Of a stretch of DNA of 64,000 nucleotides, positions 39,330 to 53,422 are shown piece by piece. Each line of letters opens with the position of its first letter. Position 1 is the first letter of the stretch. Position numbers and translations under genes: made by a program. Below the pieces are notes generated by a model that did no database searches, was not told the DNA's origin, and saw only the letters and a program-made list of their open reading frames with translations. The stretch lies in assembly GCF_006345805.1 (NCBI RefSeq), contig NC_043013.1, positions 37,448,001-37,512,000 on the forward strand, written 5' to 3'. Source of the DNA: Octopus sinensis (taxonomy: Eukaryota).

Positions 39330-39540
39330 TGTGTTTGTTCCCATCCTATCGCCTGAAAGATAGATGTAGGTGACCCTTACATCACCGTAACCTAGCCGTT
39401 TGGCAAAAGAGCCGATAGAGTAAGTAGTGGGCTTACAAAGAATAAGTCCTGGGGTCGATTTCTTCGACTAAAACCTTTAAGGCGGTGCTTCAGCATAGCC
39501 GTAGTCATATGACTGAAACGGATAACATAATAAAAGAATA
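39330..39540 (+). mobile_element. SINE family A 3' half
   Basis: gcaaaagagccgatagagtaagt...ggcggtgcttcagcatagccgtagtc. Confidence 0.8.
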
Positions 39541-39547
39541 TGTATAA

Positions 39548-39592
<45 letters not shown>

Positions 39593-39618
39593 AAATTCTT
39601 ACAACGATTTGACCACCT

Positions 39619-39718
39619 NNNNNNNNNNNNNNNNNNNNNNNNNNNNNNNNNNNNNNNNNNNNNNNNNNNNNNNNNNNNNNNNNNNNNNNNNNNNNNNNNN
39701 NNNNNNNNNNNNNNNNNN
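39619..39718. other. Assembly gap (100 N)
   Basis: Run of exactly 100 N; contiguity across it is not guaranteed. Confidence 0.99.
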
Positions 39719-39774
39719 CGCATTCGCGGAATATGTGTGTGTGTGTATATATAATATATATATTAGCCACTACA

Positions 39775-39935
39775 CACATTATTTTTCTCTCCTTGTTTCT
39801 CTCCTCGTTTCTTTCTGAGTTCCTTTCTGCGGAAGGGCGTAGGCTCGAAGTAAAAAGACTTTTTCAATTCCCGAGCGTTATACATCTGTTTGTTTTCTAC
39901 ACCACCTGTCCTCGTCTTTTGCTTTTTTCGTGTAT
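39775..39935 (+). mobile_element. Second copy of the 12.6-kb repeat; hammerhead motif degenerate
   Basis: cttt-CTGCGGA-a-gggc gtag gctc-GAA(AC deleted)GTA-aaaaga at 39822-39858. Confidence 0.65.
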
Positions 39936-40959
39936 TCTCCCTATATATAATATATATATATTATATATATATATATAATATATATATAGTATATATATAA
40001 TATATATATATATATAATTATATATGTGGTGTTCATAAATTGTTTTTTACAATTTCCACAGTTTATGTTGTTGTATCATATAGATGTGTAGCACGCAAAC
40101 AATGGATCTTACGTGTGTTTTGAAAGTTTGAGGAAACTAGTTGTTTATTCAAAATTTTGAAATTATAATGGTGATTTATGGGCTCCCTATATATAGGTGC
40201 ACGTGTGTTTATGTGAGTGTATGTGTGTTGTGTGTGTGTGTGAGTAGTAAATTATGTGTCTGCAACGTAGAGGTATCGTTGAAAATGAGTGAAATATTCA
40301 AATCAGACCTCCTCTTTAGTAAGGCACATAATAATAGTGGGGTTACAATACAATTTATTAGAGAACATCTAGAAGAAGGTAAGCGATAGCTGACGGGAAT
40401 GTAAACGCATTTGACTCTAAGGTCCAGTCGAATCCTCTTTACTTGTTGCGAACAGGTACTGTAATTGTTATTTATAAATAATGGTTAGAAGCTGTGGATT
40501 TACATGACAATAAAATTTTACTGATAACTATATATATATATATATTATATAATACATAAATATATATATATATATACACACACATACATATATATATAAT
40601 GTGTATGTGATATATATATATGTATAATATATGTATATATATATATATATGCATGTATGTCTATGTATATTTATGTACGTATGAAATTTGGAGAGGAAAG
40701 AAAGAGAAAAAGTAAGAGAGAGAGAGAGAGAGGAGAGAGAGAGGAGAGAAGAGATTTAATATGGCAACTAAAAGGAAGCATTCAAAATGTAGAATATCAG
40801 CAATTCTAAGCTAAGCACATTCCCATGTCAGCAAGTGGAAAATTCTACCTGACCTAGAAACGATACACCGTTTGCTAAAACGTGCTCCAATAGGCCGAGC
40901 TTGATATTGCTCCAATTGACCGTGCATAAGATCGAGCCCGGTTTATTCTTTTCAGCTCT

Positions 40960-41152
40960 AGGCACAAGGCCCGAAAATATTGGGGTGGGGGCCAGTCGAT
41001 TAGATTGACCGAAATACGCAAATGGTGCTTAATTTATCGACCCCGCAAGGCAAAGTCGACCTCGGTGGAATTTGATCTCAGAACGTAGTGGCAGATGAAA
41101 TATCGTTAAGCATTTCGCCCGGCATGCTAACGATTCTGCCAGCTCGCCGCCT
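40960..41152 (-). mobile_element. SINE family B
   Basis: catttcgcccggcatgctaacgattctgccagctcgccgcc is the reverse complement of the family B head. Confidence 0.9.
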
Positions 41153-41408
41153 TAAGCATATTATACCTATATGATTATACATATATGAATTTATATATAT
41201 ATATTATATATAAATATATATTTATATCTATATCTATCTATCTATTTATCTATATATATATGTATATATATATACATAATATATATCACCGTGATCACCG
41301 TGACCGACCAGGCTATCAGTTGTTGTTACACATCGCTGCTCACAATGCGCTTCGCATTGTTTTAGCCTTCAAATGACGCCACCCGCTGGCTAAGCGAGCA
41401 GGCCAACA

Positions 41409-41453
<45 letters not shown>

Positions 41454-41466
41454 CATATATATATAT

Positions 41467-41834
41467 ACATTTATATGGCTTGGCTGTGTGGTAAGAAGTT
41501 AACATCCCAACCACGTGACTCCGGGTCGAGTCCCATTGCGAAGCACCTTGGGCAAGTATATTCTACTGTAGCCTCGGGTCAAGCAAAGCCGTGTGAGAGG
41601 ATTTCGTAGACAGAAAGAGATAAACAAGCAGAAAGAGATAATAAGAAAGAGTGAGAGAAAGTTGTGGCGAAAGAGTACATCAGCGATCGACACCACCCCC
41701 TGCCGGAGCATCGTGGAGCTTTAGGTGTTTTCGCTCGATAAACACTCACAACGCCCGGTCTGGGAATCGAAACTGCGATCCTACGACTGCGAGTCCGATG
41801 CCCTAACCACTAGGCCATTGCGCCTCCACACCAC

Positions 41835-41929
<95 letters not shown>

Positions 41930-42378
41930 CATTTATATGGCTTGGCTGTGTGGTACGAAGTTAACATCGCAACCACATGACTCCGGGTCGAGTCCCATTG
42001 CGAAGCACCTTGGGCAAGTATCTTCTACTGTAGCCTCGGGCCAAGCAAAGCCGTGAGAGGATTTAGTAGACAGAAACTGAAAGAAGCCTATCGTATAGAT
42101 GTATGCATAATTATATACGTATATATATATCCATGTAAGTGTTTTCTGTGTCTGTGTTTGTCACCTCACCACCACTTGACAGCGGGTGCTGGGGCCTTTC
42201 CCGGCCCCATCACTTAGTGGTTGAGCCAAAAAGACCGATAGAATAAATAGTAGGCTTAATATTAGTATAAGCAGTAGGCTTAACGAAATAAGTCCTACAG
42301 TCGATTTGTTGACTCAAATCCTTCGATGTGCTGTTGCAGTATGACCACAGTCAAATGCCTGCAACAATAAAAGAAGAT
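41467..42378 (+). mobile_element. SINE family A with duplicated 5' end enclosing an inverted family C fragment (41616-41828)
   Basis: 41467-41615 and 41929-42075 share private variants (gaagttaacat, gactccgggtcgagtcccattgcgaag). Confidence 0.85.
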
Positions 42379-42388
42379 CTATTATTGC

Positions 42389-42464
<76 letters not shown>

Positions 42465-42470
42465 TACACA

Positions 42471-43045
42471 CAGAGACATCCAGGAAGTAAATAGACATCT
42501 TAAATTTTCAAAGTTTCTCATCTAAGCATCTTAATATGCTTTCAGCGTTGTAGAATCTACAATGTAATTATTCTTGTTCATTCCAGGTGCCATTATATTA
42601 AATATTTGCGAATAGTATCCATGCCAGGCACAAAAAATTCAGCAGAATTGTTAGATTTTCAAACAGGTCGTATTGTTGGGCAATCTGAAGCTGTTCTTAG
42701 CCAGCGAAATATTCCGGAAAATCTTCAAATTCCTCTTGCTACTTTTAATAGAGTTATAGTGCAATTCGAAAGCCAAGGAAAGAATCAACAGATTGATGTC
42801 CCGGTCGACCTGGGCCCTTGGAAAGGAAGCTTCACTGTTTGAAGAGAATTGTGGAAAACGAACCCCGTTCGAAGGCTTCTGTCATTGCAAAACAGCTAGA
42901 AGTTAGACCAAGAACGTGTGTTACATATCTGCATAAGCTTGGATATTATGGACGCGCAGCTAGAAGAAAACTTCGCTTTCAGCGTATTAAAATCAAGTAA
43001 AAGATTTTGAAACTTACAGGTGTCTATTTATTTCCTGCACCCCTC
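42471..43045 (+). mobile_element. Internally deleted Tc1-like element (second family)
   Basis: TIRs ..caggaagtaaatagacatct / aggtgtctatttatttcctgca..; peptides [20 protein letters not shown].. and [10 protein letters not shown]...LHKLGYYGRAARRK. Confidence 0.85.
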
Positions 43046-43057
43046 CCCCCATATATA

Positions 43058-43093
<36 letters not shown>

Positions 43094-43524
43094 TGTATGT
43101 ATATATGCTATCGAGATAATTATTATCTGTAATTATAAAGATTACAGACGTTAAGAGTTAAATATACTTTGCTGTAGACCATGGTGTGTCGATGATTTGT
43201 ATATAGGCCGGCGACCGCTACGTGGTTTCATGCATGCTGTATTTTGATTGGATAATATTTTAATTAGTTAAAAGTATTTCCTCGGTATCTGGTTCCCTCT
43301 CTTCCTTCAAATATTAATTCTTTTTCGCTTTTCAGAGCTTTTCTCTTTTTCGTTTTATAAATGTGCCCAACGAGCGTTTTCATATTGCTTTGACTGATCT
43401 CATTCGTAAATTGTTGTGTATTGTGTTGCTCATAAGTATCACGTTTTTTTATTTAGTATAATAATAACGTACACATGTGTATATCACGTACACATTTTAT
43501 ATATGCACTCTTTTACACTTCTAT

Positions 43525-43710
43525 TTGTTTCAGTCATTTGACTGCGGCAATGCTGGAGCACCAGCTTTCAGTCGAACAAATTGACCCCCAGATCTTATGT
43601 TTTGTAAGCCTAGTATTTATTCTATCGGTCTATTTTTCCGAACCGCTATATTACGGGGACGTAGACACACGAACATCGGTTGTCAAGCGACGGTTTGTGG
43701 GAAAAACACA
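43525..43710 (-). mobile_element. SINE family A 3' half
   Basis: gtttcagtcatttgactgcggcaatgctggagcacc. Confidence 0.85.
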
Positions 43711-43757
43711 GACACGAACATATACATTCATATATGTTAGTATATGTATATGTATAT

Positions 43758-43795
<38 letters not shown>

Positions 43796-44099
43796 AGAGA
43801 GAGAGACACACACCCTTATATACATCCATCCATTTGTGTGTATATATATATATATATAAACACTTACGTATATATCTCTGTGATACGTTTTTGGTAATTA
43901 GGTTTATGCGTGTATATTTCAATATCTCGGTTTCACTTTAACTTTCATTCTATCAAAGGCAATAAAAATAGAAACAAGCAGAAAACCGCAAAACACATAT
44001 AACTATACTGTTTTGTCGAAATAAAATGGATAGGCGAAATAAGTCTAAGCGAGTGACATAAGGCAGACGCTTAGAGTGAAATGTAAGGAAGGATTAAAT

Positions 44100-44131
<32 letters not shown>

Positions 44132-44639
44132 GGAGAATAAGTATAGAGAAAGAAAGAGGGAAGAGAGAAAGAGATAATTGTAGTGAGGAGGAGGATTCTT
44201 CATTTAACGAACAAATTAAGTTATATGGCAATTGCAATCGGCACATTTAAAGGTATTAGATGGCAATTTATTATTTAATTCCAGCTTAGCCTGCAAATTT
44301 CAATGATAGCTCAATATCACAAAACTTCCCGAGACTGTGTTTCTATGAGCGTTTACGTGATGTATATTTAATTTCTACTGCTTCTTATCTGTTTTATTTA
44401 TTCATCTTAAAGATTTGCTCATTTTATTTAACGTTCATTTATTTATAAATTCATTCTCATCCCCCTCCTCCGCAGCTGCTTCAGGCATCACTGACATAAT
44501 TTTCATCAAAAATAATTCCGACTTTGGAGAAAATGTTATTTAGGAGTTTTGAGCAAGAAAATGTGAGAAAAATTAGAGAAAATATATTTAAATAGAGAAA
44601 GTAGCAAGAGAAAAACAAAACCAAAAAAACGTAACAGAA

Positions 44640-44736
44640 GGTGAGGAGGAGAGGGAGGAGGAGGAGGACGGCGATGACAACGACGAAGGGGTAAAGTAGT
44701 GGCAGCAGTAAGAGCAGCTGCAGTAGTAGAAGAAAG

Positions 44737-44768
<32 letters not shown>

Positions 44769-44789
44769 TAGTAATAGTAGTCGTAGTAA

Positions 44790-44834
<45 letters not shown>

Positions 44835-44962
44835 AAAAAGATTATCTGATGATGATGATGATGATAAAGAAGAAAAAGAAGGATGAGGAGGGCTAGCAGG
44901 AGGAGGAGGAGGAAGAAGAAGAAGAAGAAGAAGAAGAAGAAGAAGAAGAAGAAGAAGAAGAG
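44640..44962. repeat. Compound trinucleotide array (GGA/GCA/GTA/GAT/GAA)
   Basis: Direct inspection. Confidence 0.95.
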
Positions 44963-45299
44963 AAATAAATTGGAGTTGGGTGGAAACAAATGATTAATAT
45001 TAACATAGAAATTAAAGTTAAAATACCGATTAGAAAAGAACCAGGTGACATTCTATAAAAATATATGAAATAATATACAAAAATTCCAAATGTATATTCA
45101 TTCGAGAACGGAAATTTTTAAGCCAATTTCCCAAAGTTTATGAAAAGTTATTTCATCTTATAATCTATATAATATCCCTAGACATTAGTTATTTATATTT
45201 TGTTAAGTGTTAACTTAAGTGTGTCATTCCGATGATGTCTTAGTTTGGATTATAATTACGATTAAGCTTATTAAATAGTGGTGAGATTCTAGTTGAATG

Positions 45300-45398
45300 T
45301 GTCATGTGCAAAACATAAAAAATGTTACATATTAAGATACCTAGATGAGAAATGTTGAAAATTAAAGGTGTCTATTTACTTCCTGCATGTCTGTGTAT
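45300..45398 (-). mobile_element. Terminus of the second Tc1 family (TIR plus subterminal sequence)
   Basis: aggtgtctatttacttcctgcatgtctgtg-TA is the reverse complement of the 42471 terminus. Confidence 0.8.
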
Positions 45399-45510
45399 AT
45401 ATATATATATATTGCGATAATAAATCTTTTATTGTTGTCATTTGACTTCGGCCATACTTCAGCACCACATCGAAGATTTTAGTCCAACAATTCGACTGTA
45501 GGACTTGTGC

Positions 45511-46445
45511 GTACTTCTCGAGATTTTTGCGAACTGTTCCCAGGGCTCCGACAATTATTGGTACTACTGCCACTTTTTAATCGACCACAACTGCTTAAAT
45601 TCCCAAACTAACCTGTCATCTCTCGACTTTTCTTTCTTCCTTATCGCATACCTTGTTGTCAGCTGGGCATGCTATGTATATGATCCAGTGTAGTTTGTTT
45701 TCTTTCTCAATTAAAACTATACCCGACTTCCTATTCTTCATCTCATGGTCGCACTGAATCATAAAATCCCACAGGATCTTTGCATTTCTGTTTTCGACGA
45801 TGACTTCAGGTTTGTGATCGTTCCAATTTTTTGGTCTGTCAGGTCCTTACTTGTGGCAAAGTGTCCAATGGACAAGCCTGGTTATATTGTCGTGGTGTCT
45901 CTTATATTCCTTCTAGGCTAGTGGCGTACATTGGCTGGTAATATGCCATACGGTTTCACCGTTATATTCCTTCTAGGGTAGTGGTGTACGTTGCTGGTAA
46001 TATGCCATACGGTTTCACCTTTCTGTCCATAGATTCTGCACATCACTTTCTGCCGTGTTGTCTATTCTGTATTTTATGTAATTTGTTCTTAGTGCTTACT
46101 CTTCGGCAGCACAAATTAGAGCCTCCGTTTCCGGTTTTTAACCACTTTTAGTCATCCACAGCCATATTTTTTTCTTTGTCATACCTTCAACATCCCTATG
46201 AAGTTGATCCTTCATTCTTTTCTTTGCCCACCTATTTTCAGTTTCATTCGTTTACTATTTCTTGTATAGTGCTGTATCTTTACAATCTTTCATCCTGACC
46301 TTCTTACTTCTAATAATAGCAGTTCTGTGGCATTTTTCACATACCATGCTATGTTGTTTTCTTCTGCTATAATGCTGTGTTCGCATCCAATAAGTCCTCT
46401 TCCCCACCTCTTTTTCTTGGTACATACAGTTTGTGTCACTTTTTC
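45511..46445 (-). mobile_element. R4/Dong-clade non-LTR retrotransposon fragment (post-RT, CCHC, restriction-like endonuclease)
   Basis: LYVPRK..RGLIGCEHSI..EEN; MCRI.GQKGETVWHITS.CTPLA.KEYKRHHDN..RLVHW; KILWDFMIQCDH..KSDIVL..IACP; AVVPIIVGALGTVRKNLEKY; internal ~60-bp tandem duplication at 45902-46019. Confidence 0.88.
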
Positions 46446-46479
46446 ACATTCAACGACCTCCGAAATGAACATATTATTT

Positions 46480-46492
46480 TTATTATTATTGT

Positions 46493-46525
<33 letters not shown>

Positions 46526-46674
46526 GTAGTAGTAGTAGTAGTAGTAGTAGCAGCAGTAGTAGTAGTAGTATTAGTGGTGGTGGTGGTGGTGGTGGTGTTA
46601 GTAGTAATAATATTAGTGGTGGTAGCAATAGTAGTAGTAAGGTTGTGGTGGTGGTGATGGTGGTGGTGGTTGTG

Positions 46675-46722
<48 letters not shown>

Positions 46723-46730
46723 ATAGTAGA
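46480..46730. repeat. Compound (TAG)n/(TGG)n array
   Basis: Direct inspection. Confidence 0.95.
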
Positions 46731-47077
46731 ATACATTTTTGATCATATTTGCTTAACCGAAGATCTGGCAGAAGTGGAAGAATGTCGGAAAATATAGTTT
46801 TGTGGGATTTGTTCCGATTCCTTAATTTTTTGCATTCAATGACGTCCGAAATCACCTCATTCTTTCATCTTCCTAAAAATCGTTGTCAATAAAATGAAGT
46901 ACGAAAGAAATAATTTGACTCTCTGACTCGACTTACCACATCCTCAAAATTGCTAGACTCATGCCAAATTCAGATAAACTTTTATAGTTGCATTCCAACT
47001 ATAACTACTAAATTTTATATATTTTTTCCTATTTTTAGTTCTCCATTTTCTAATTTGAGTTTCTTATTTTCCTCCAT

Positions 47078-47150
<73 letters not shown>

Positions 47151-47970
47151 TTTGTTTAAATATTCGTATGTTGCTTTCTTTAATTGTTTCTCGGTCGTCA
47201 AAGCGTTAAATATATCTACATCAAGCTTTGAGTGTGAAAGCAATACCAGTAGAGACGGTGAAAATCAACACCAATTTGTGAAACAAACTAATTCGAAAAC
47301 GTCAAACAAAGAAATCCCAGTTGTATTTTCAATACGATCAATCAGAAAGCTCGCTTGCATCTGAAAGTTTTAATATGTACGGTGTATGGGTAAGCAATTC
47401 TATTATACATATATACATGAATACATACTTATAAGTATATATATAACATATTACTACACTTATGTGCATACACATAGAAACACATATATACGTGTGTATA
47501 TGTGTATATATATATACATAAATACATACATATTTTCCGTAGACATATATAAATACATATTCATATCTAAATGTAATTATATGTGTATGTATGTATATAT
47601 GTATATATATATACATACATACTTACCTATGTATGTATGTGTGTTTGAGTGTGTGTCTGTGAGTGTATAATATGCAAACATACGTTTGCGTACAGTGTAT
47701 GCGCCTGTTTACATTTTTGTATATGTATGTGTGCGTGCTTGTATATATATATGCGCTTGTGAAAATGGAGGCATGTATACGTATATGCCGATATATTTGA
47801 AGATGTTAACAGCAAAGTGTCAGTGGTTCAGGAAAAAAGATGTGTAAAATGCCAAGAATTGTATAAGAATTTTTGCCTGTAAATACATTTGTCAGCGCGA
47901 AATATATATGAGCACTTATGGATACTTTCACGGACAGATGAATAAAAGACTATAAATGCACATTTAAATA

Positions 47971-48194
47971 GAGTAATTTCTCGCCATATCGCGGTTCACC
48001 TATCGCGATTTATCATTTAAGCTTACGTCGAAACTCTGTGGTGTTGTTTTGCATTTATAATAATATAAATATATACAAATTCTAAAAATAATAAAAGAAA
48101 TATACTGCACAGTTTCTACTTCGCGGATTCTCATGTATCGCGGGGGGTGGGGAGCGGCTGGAATGTAAAACCCGCAATAGTCGAAAGATTACTG
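47971..48194. mobile_element. pogo/Tigger-like MITE
   Basis: Imperfect TIRs gagtaatttctcgccatatcgcgg / ccgcaatagtcgaaagattactg, TA on the left flank; subterminal atcgcgg and ttcgcgg motifs. Confidence 0.65.
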
Positions 48195-50248
48195 ATATAA
48201 ACTCAAACACTCACGCACATACACACAGACACACTCGCACACATATACACACATACACACAAAAACTTATTAAAATACAGAACACAATACAAGATTCTCG
48301 TTTCCTCAGCTTTTGAGGCCAAATGTATTTTAGCGTCTCGCGATAATATCTCTCTACCCAAATGACGTTTAAAAATTCATGGCCACGAAGTAGGCTCGTT
48401 AGAGTTTAGCTGTACTTAAACTTAGCGTCGTCAAACGATATTCTTTGACTGCGGGAAATCTTGTTACAGATATATACATCACAAACTTACTAAAAGTATG
48501 ACGTTTGTGTTTTGCATTCCAATCTGCCCTATAATGCCTTCTGTTAGCAGGATAAGCTGTGAGTAAAATAAGCATTTGGGTTTATCCAATAATTCTTCCT
48601 ATATGGATCAAGTACTGACAAATTCAGGCCTTCCCTCTCATCCATTGGTCGGAACCATTGATCCGTGATGGTGGGTGTGTTTACTTAATTATCCAAGGTG
48701 CTGATTGTCATTTGAAACGATTTCGAGCGGTAAAGGTGCTAAATTATTACTGAACTATATCTTGAATGTTGCCGTAATTTAAGCGAAAACCTCACGGGTC
48801 TCGAGTCTCGAGGTCCCCTGATGACATAACTAGTGTTTTCCAAGCACATATGTCATAATAAACATTCCGATATCGTTAAGACTTTTCATTAAATTACTTA
48901 AATATTCTGATTAAAATGCGATAATGACACTTAAAAAGAAAGTAATTGTTGTTTTTCAAATAAAAAACAAGTCCTATTAATTATACTCTTTAATTACATT
49001 TCAGAAATTTACATGACGAGGTCTAAGTATTTTCAATTATTACATGAAAGGGTCAATTATGAAAAAAGAATGCCAACCCTTGTTCTACAATTTAAGACAT
49101 CTTGAATCTTGCTTTCTCCTAAAATTAAGTTGGTTATGGTAGGTCAGCACTGTCATAAAAGACAGCATTATGTAAACATGACCATGCTTACATCAGAATT
49201 TCTATGCAATCTGAAGAAATGCAGAACATGGAATGCACCGCAAAAAGCTTCTTGAAAATTCCTTAGGTAATTTTAGACTCCCTCAGATAAGTCGACACGT
49301 CCCACATACGGTCTCTTAATTTGTTACACACCCCACTGATTTATGTAGATTATAACTGAAAGTTTTATAACCAACATACAACCTGCAAGTCAAGAGTGTG
49401 CTAATGACTTATGCTAATGGATTAAGACTTAAATGAAATTGATAAATGAGTAACAAATGAAAAATTACACGTTTTGCGGTAGGCAATTAGAGAAACCTAT
49501 ATGAATACAGGTAAAAAATGGGTTTGAGCATGACATTGCGTAGCAGGTGATATATGGCAATACTTGAAATGCTAGACGAGGGGGAGGGGAGAATCCTTTT
49601 GTTTCTGGATGTATGAATGACGATATAATCAACAAAATATTTGATAAAAAATTACTTCCATCAAATTTAAGTTGGTATATTTAGAAGTTGTTAAGAAAAC
49701 GCATAAATATTATAAATATATCACTTCATATAAAGATACATAAAGGAAGTCAATATGCTTTCAAATATATTCAGTCAGACACACGAAGGCACACGATTTC
49801 ATGTATGCATATTTTAGCTTTAATGAAACTTTCGAAAACAAACCATTTTAAAACTATTTAAAAATGTTTCAATTGACGTACGTTGAGAAATGCGATGTTG
49901 CGTACCTTCATATACAACTATGTAAGAAGTACGTAATTACGAGACGTATAAATACGGAAGTATGTCGCTATCAGCTTGGATTGGTATTTATTTATGTATC
50001 TGTTTTAATTACTCTTTTTTCCTTGTGATAATCATTGTAAGAATGAGAGTGTGAATTTGAATGTGGCGATACATGCATATTTATAGAAACATATGTAGGT
50101 AACTCTCTATGCAAGTATTCGTATGTCAATATGTGTGCATTTATGAATATTTTTGTAACTACGTACGTAATCTCTCTCTCTATATATATATATATGTGTG
50201 TGTGTGAGTGTGTGTGTGTGTGTGTGCGTGTGTGTGTGTATGTATGTA

Positions 50249-50301
<53 letters not shown>

Positions 50302-50694
50302 ACATACATATAAACACGTATACACGTAAGTAAAATATGTAGAAATGTATGAAAATGTAGGAAGATTTTTTTTTTACATAATGCATATATATTTTTATGT
50401 GTATGTTTCTGTGCATGTATACCTATATGCATTCATATATGAAAAATTGCATATATATATATATATGATGCTGGCCGCGGGTATAGATGGTGAAAGAAGA
50501 ATAGCATATGTGAATTTTTATGATTCTGGCAAAGAAAACAATTAAGAATATTTCACGCTCAGCATATTTCACAATTGGATTGATGCACTAATTATTAAAC
50601 TATCTCTGATGAACGCATCGTAAATATTCGCAATATCCACATTAAACATTATGAACCACCAAATCATATATGTATATATATGTATAGAGAGAGA

Positions 50695-50728
<34 letters not shown>

Positions 50729-51004
50729 CACACAGATACACACACGTATATTATATATATATAAGTATGTTTGAGTGCATATGTGCGTTTGTGTGTGTGT
50801 GTTAATAGCGGTAACTCATTAAACTGTATGATCATTTAAAAGTGTTGATGAAGATTGCTGTAAGCCAGTAAAGAAGTATTTAACAATCAGCGAGGTGCGT
50901 AGTTTACGTTCTTATTTATGGATGTCTGCAGTATTTCACTTAATTTCTATTATCATTACCCTCATTTTCTGGATGCTTTTGTTGTCGTCTTGTTATTGTT
51001 ATTT

Positions 51005-51006
51005 GA

Positions 51007-51047
<41 letters not shown>

Positions 51048-51142
51048 CCATCATCATTATCACAAATATCATTATTCGTATTAATTTCTTTTGTTTTTGC
51101 TGCCTTTTTATAATCACTTTCGTTTTATTCAAGACTAATATA

Positions 51143-51220
<78 letters not shown>

Positions 51221-51224
51221 TACT

Positions 51225-51277
<53 letters not shown>

Positions 51278-51372
51278 CATTATTGTTAATTTTATTATTA
51301 CTATTAGTTTTATTATTATTACTATTATTATTATCATTATCATTATTTATTTTTATTTTGTTGTTGTTGTTG
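51005..51372. repeat. Compound (CAT)n/(TAT)n/(AAT)n array
   Basis: Direct inspection. Confidence 0.95.
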
Positions 51373-51859
51373 TTATGGAGTCATATCATCATCAGTTGTC
51401 AAAGTATATATTTGTTTATTTATATATTTCGTATTATATTACGTTTGTGCTTTTGAATTTGTATATTTTCCTTTAAGATATCCAACATTAAAAAAACTTC
51501 TTAAAAGTTTCTCTATTTTAAATGATCAAATGAATATAATTTTGCCTTGCCATCAGAGATTTTAGAGAACAGAGTGAAATAATAAGAATCATAGTCATTA
51601 TAAATATGTTGGTGTCATTAAATGCGATTAATTGGCACTATGTGGTGTGACATATGTATTTCCTTATTTCAACATTTCATCATTTAAAATACAGACACAT
51701 ATACGCATAATTATATAATTATATATATATGTATATATAACTAGAATTATATGTATGTATCTACCGTCTACCTATCAATCTATCTCTTTGTATGCATGTA
51801 TACATATGTATATGTATGTATATATATATATCTATATAAATATATATATATATATATAT

Positions 51860-51912
<53 letters not shown>

Positions 51913-52009
51913 ATATATATAATTGACTCTACACACACACACATAATTCTTTTCCTTCAGAAGGATTTAAAACATTTATAAAAAGGTCTTACAGCTGTTT
52001 CCAGGATAT

Positions 52010-53192
52010 TATAGCTTGAATTCTACGAGGTATAGACTCGTACAAAGTTTGAATTGTTTCCAAAAGAATTTTTGTCCCTTCTTCAGTTAAAACAGTCTCC
52101 AGTTCTTGTAGTGATGATGGTGGAAGATATCGATTCCTTACTTGTTTTTCTAAAATGCCCCATAAGTGTTCAATAATACTGAGAACTGGGGACTATATGG
52201 TGGTCAGATACGATGTGTAACTTCACTAAAATGTTCCTCTTTTAATTCAGTAAGAACTTAAGCTGTGTGAATTGTTGCATTATAATCCTGAAAGATTGTG
52301 TTTCCCTCCGGAAATAGTTCCGCAACCATAGGAAGAATTTGATCATATAAATTGCTTTAATAGACTTAACTATTAATTCTGGCATGAAGGGATATCATCG
52401 GACTGGCTTTTTTCCAATATATTGTCCCCCAGATCATCGCAGCTCTTCCTCGATGTTTAAAAGTTTGAAGAATTCAGTCTGGGTCAAATGCTTCTTTTGG
52501 GTGTTTTCACTCGTTTCCTCGGCCGGTGTTCGGAAATAAGAAAGACTCGCTCGAGAAAATAATATTCTTCTACTGCTCTAGGGACCAATTCCGTAGGCTT
52601 TTAGTCCGCTTTAAACGCTTTGCAACTTATTTTTTTTAAGTAGTGCTTTTCTGATTGCAGCCCTCCCCCGTGAAATCCGGCTTTGTGCAGCTCACAGCGA
52701 ACAACTTTTCTGGAAACTAGGTTCTTGAGGTGGTCATTAAGCATTGCAGTAGATTTGGGAGGTGTACTCTTGTGATGCTTTCTAAAATTCGCGTAAGAGT
52801 CCGAAGGTCCTTATCTGAAAATTTTGGTTTTCTTCCGGAGTTTTATTCTGACGAGGAGGTTTTTCTGTCTTTCTCAAAGGCTGTATTTACTTTCGAGACA
52901 GTACTTCTTGATACATCAAACATTTCGGCTGCTTTAGTTACGCTAGCACCTGCCATACGAGCACAAACTATTTGACTACTTGAAAAGTCTGATATATGTG
53001 TCAGTTTAAGGAATTATAAATACTACTTTTTCTGATGACATCTGAAAAGAAACAGCAATTTTAGCAAAACATATTAAGCAACTTTAATAATAAAACAAGC
53101 AATATGAAAATAAACAAATTTTTGACGGTCTTATAGATATTTCAAAATTATGATGCTATGATGCTAGGTGTTTCCATTATTATGTCCAAATC

Positions 53193-53195
<3 letters not shown>
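52010..53195 (-). mobile_element. Second copy of the 34.3-kb Tc1 family, decayed, with one clear TIR
   Basis: Colinear homology with 34400-35607; TIR aggtgtttccattattatgtccaaatcctg-TA at 53166-53195. Confidence 0.92.
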
Positions 53196-53267
<72 letters not shown>

Positions 53268-53355
53268 TTGGGAAAGTATCTTCTGCTGTAGCCTCGAGCC
53301 GAGCAAGGCCTTGTCGGTGGACTTGGTAGACAGCAACATATATATTATATATGTG

Positions 53356-53386
<31 letters not shown>

Positions 53387-53422
53387 GTGTGTGGTGTGTG
53401 TGTGTGTATGTGTGTGTATGTG

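Noticed and set aside
48810-48870. CTGATGA followed by a tgacata/tatgtca hairpin
   Set aside because: No downstream GAAA or cleavage triplet; chance core match
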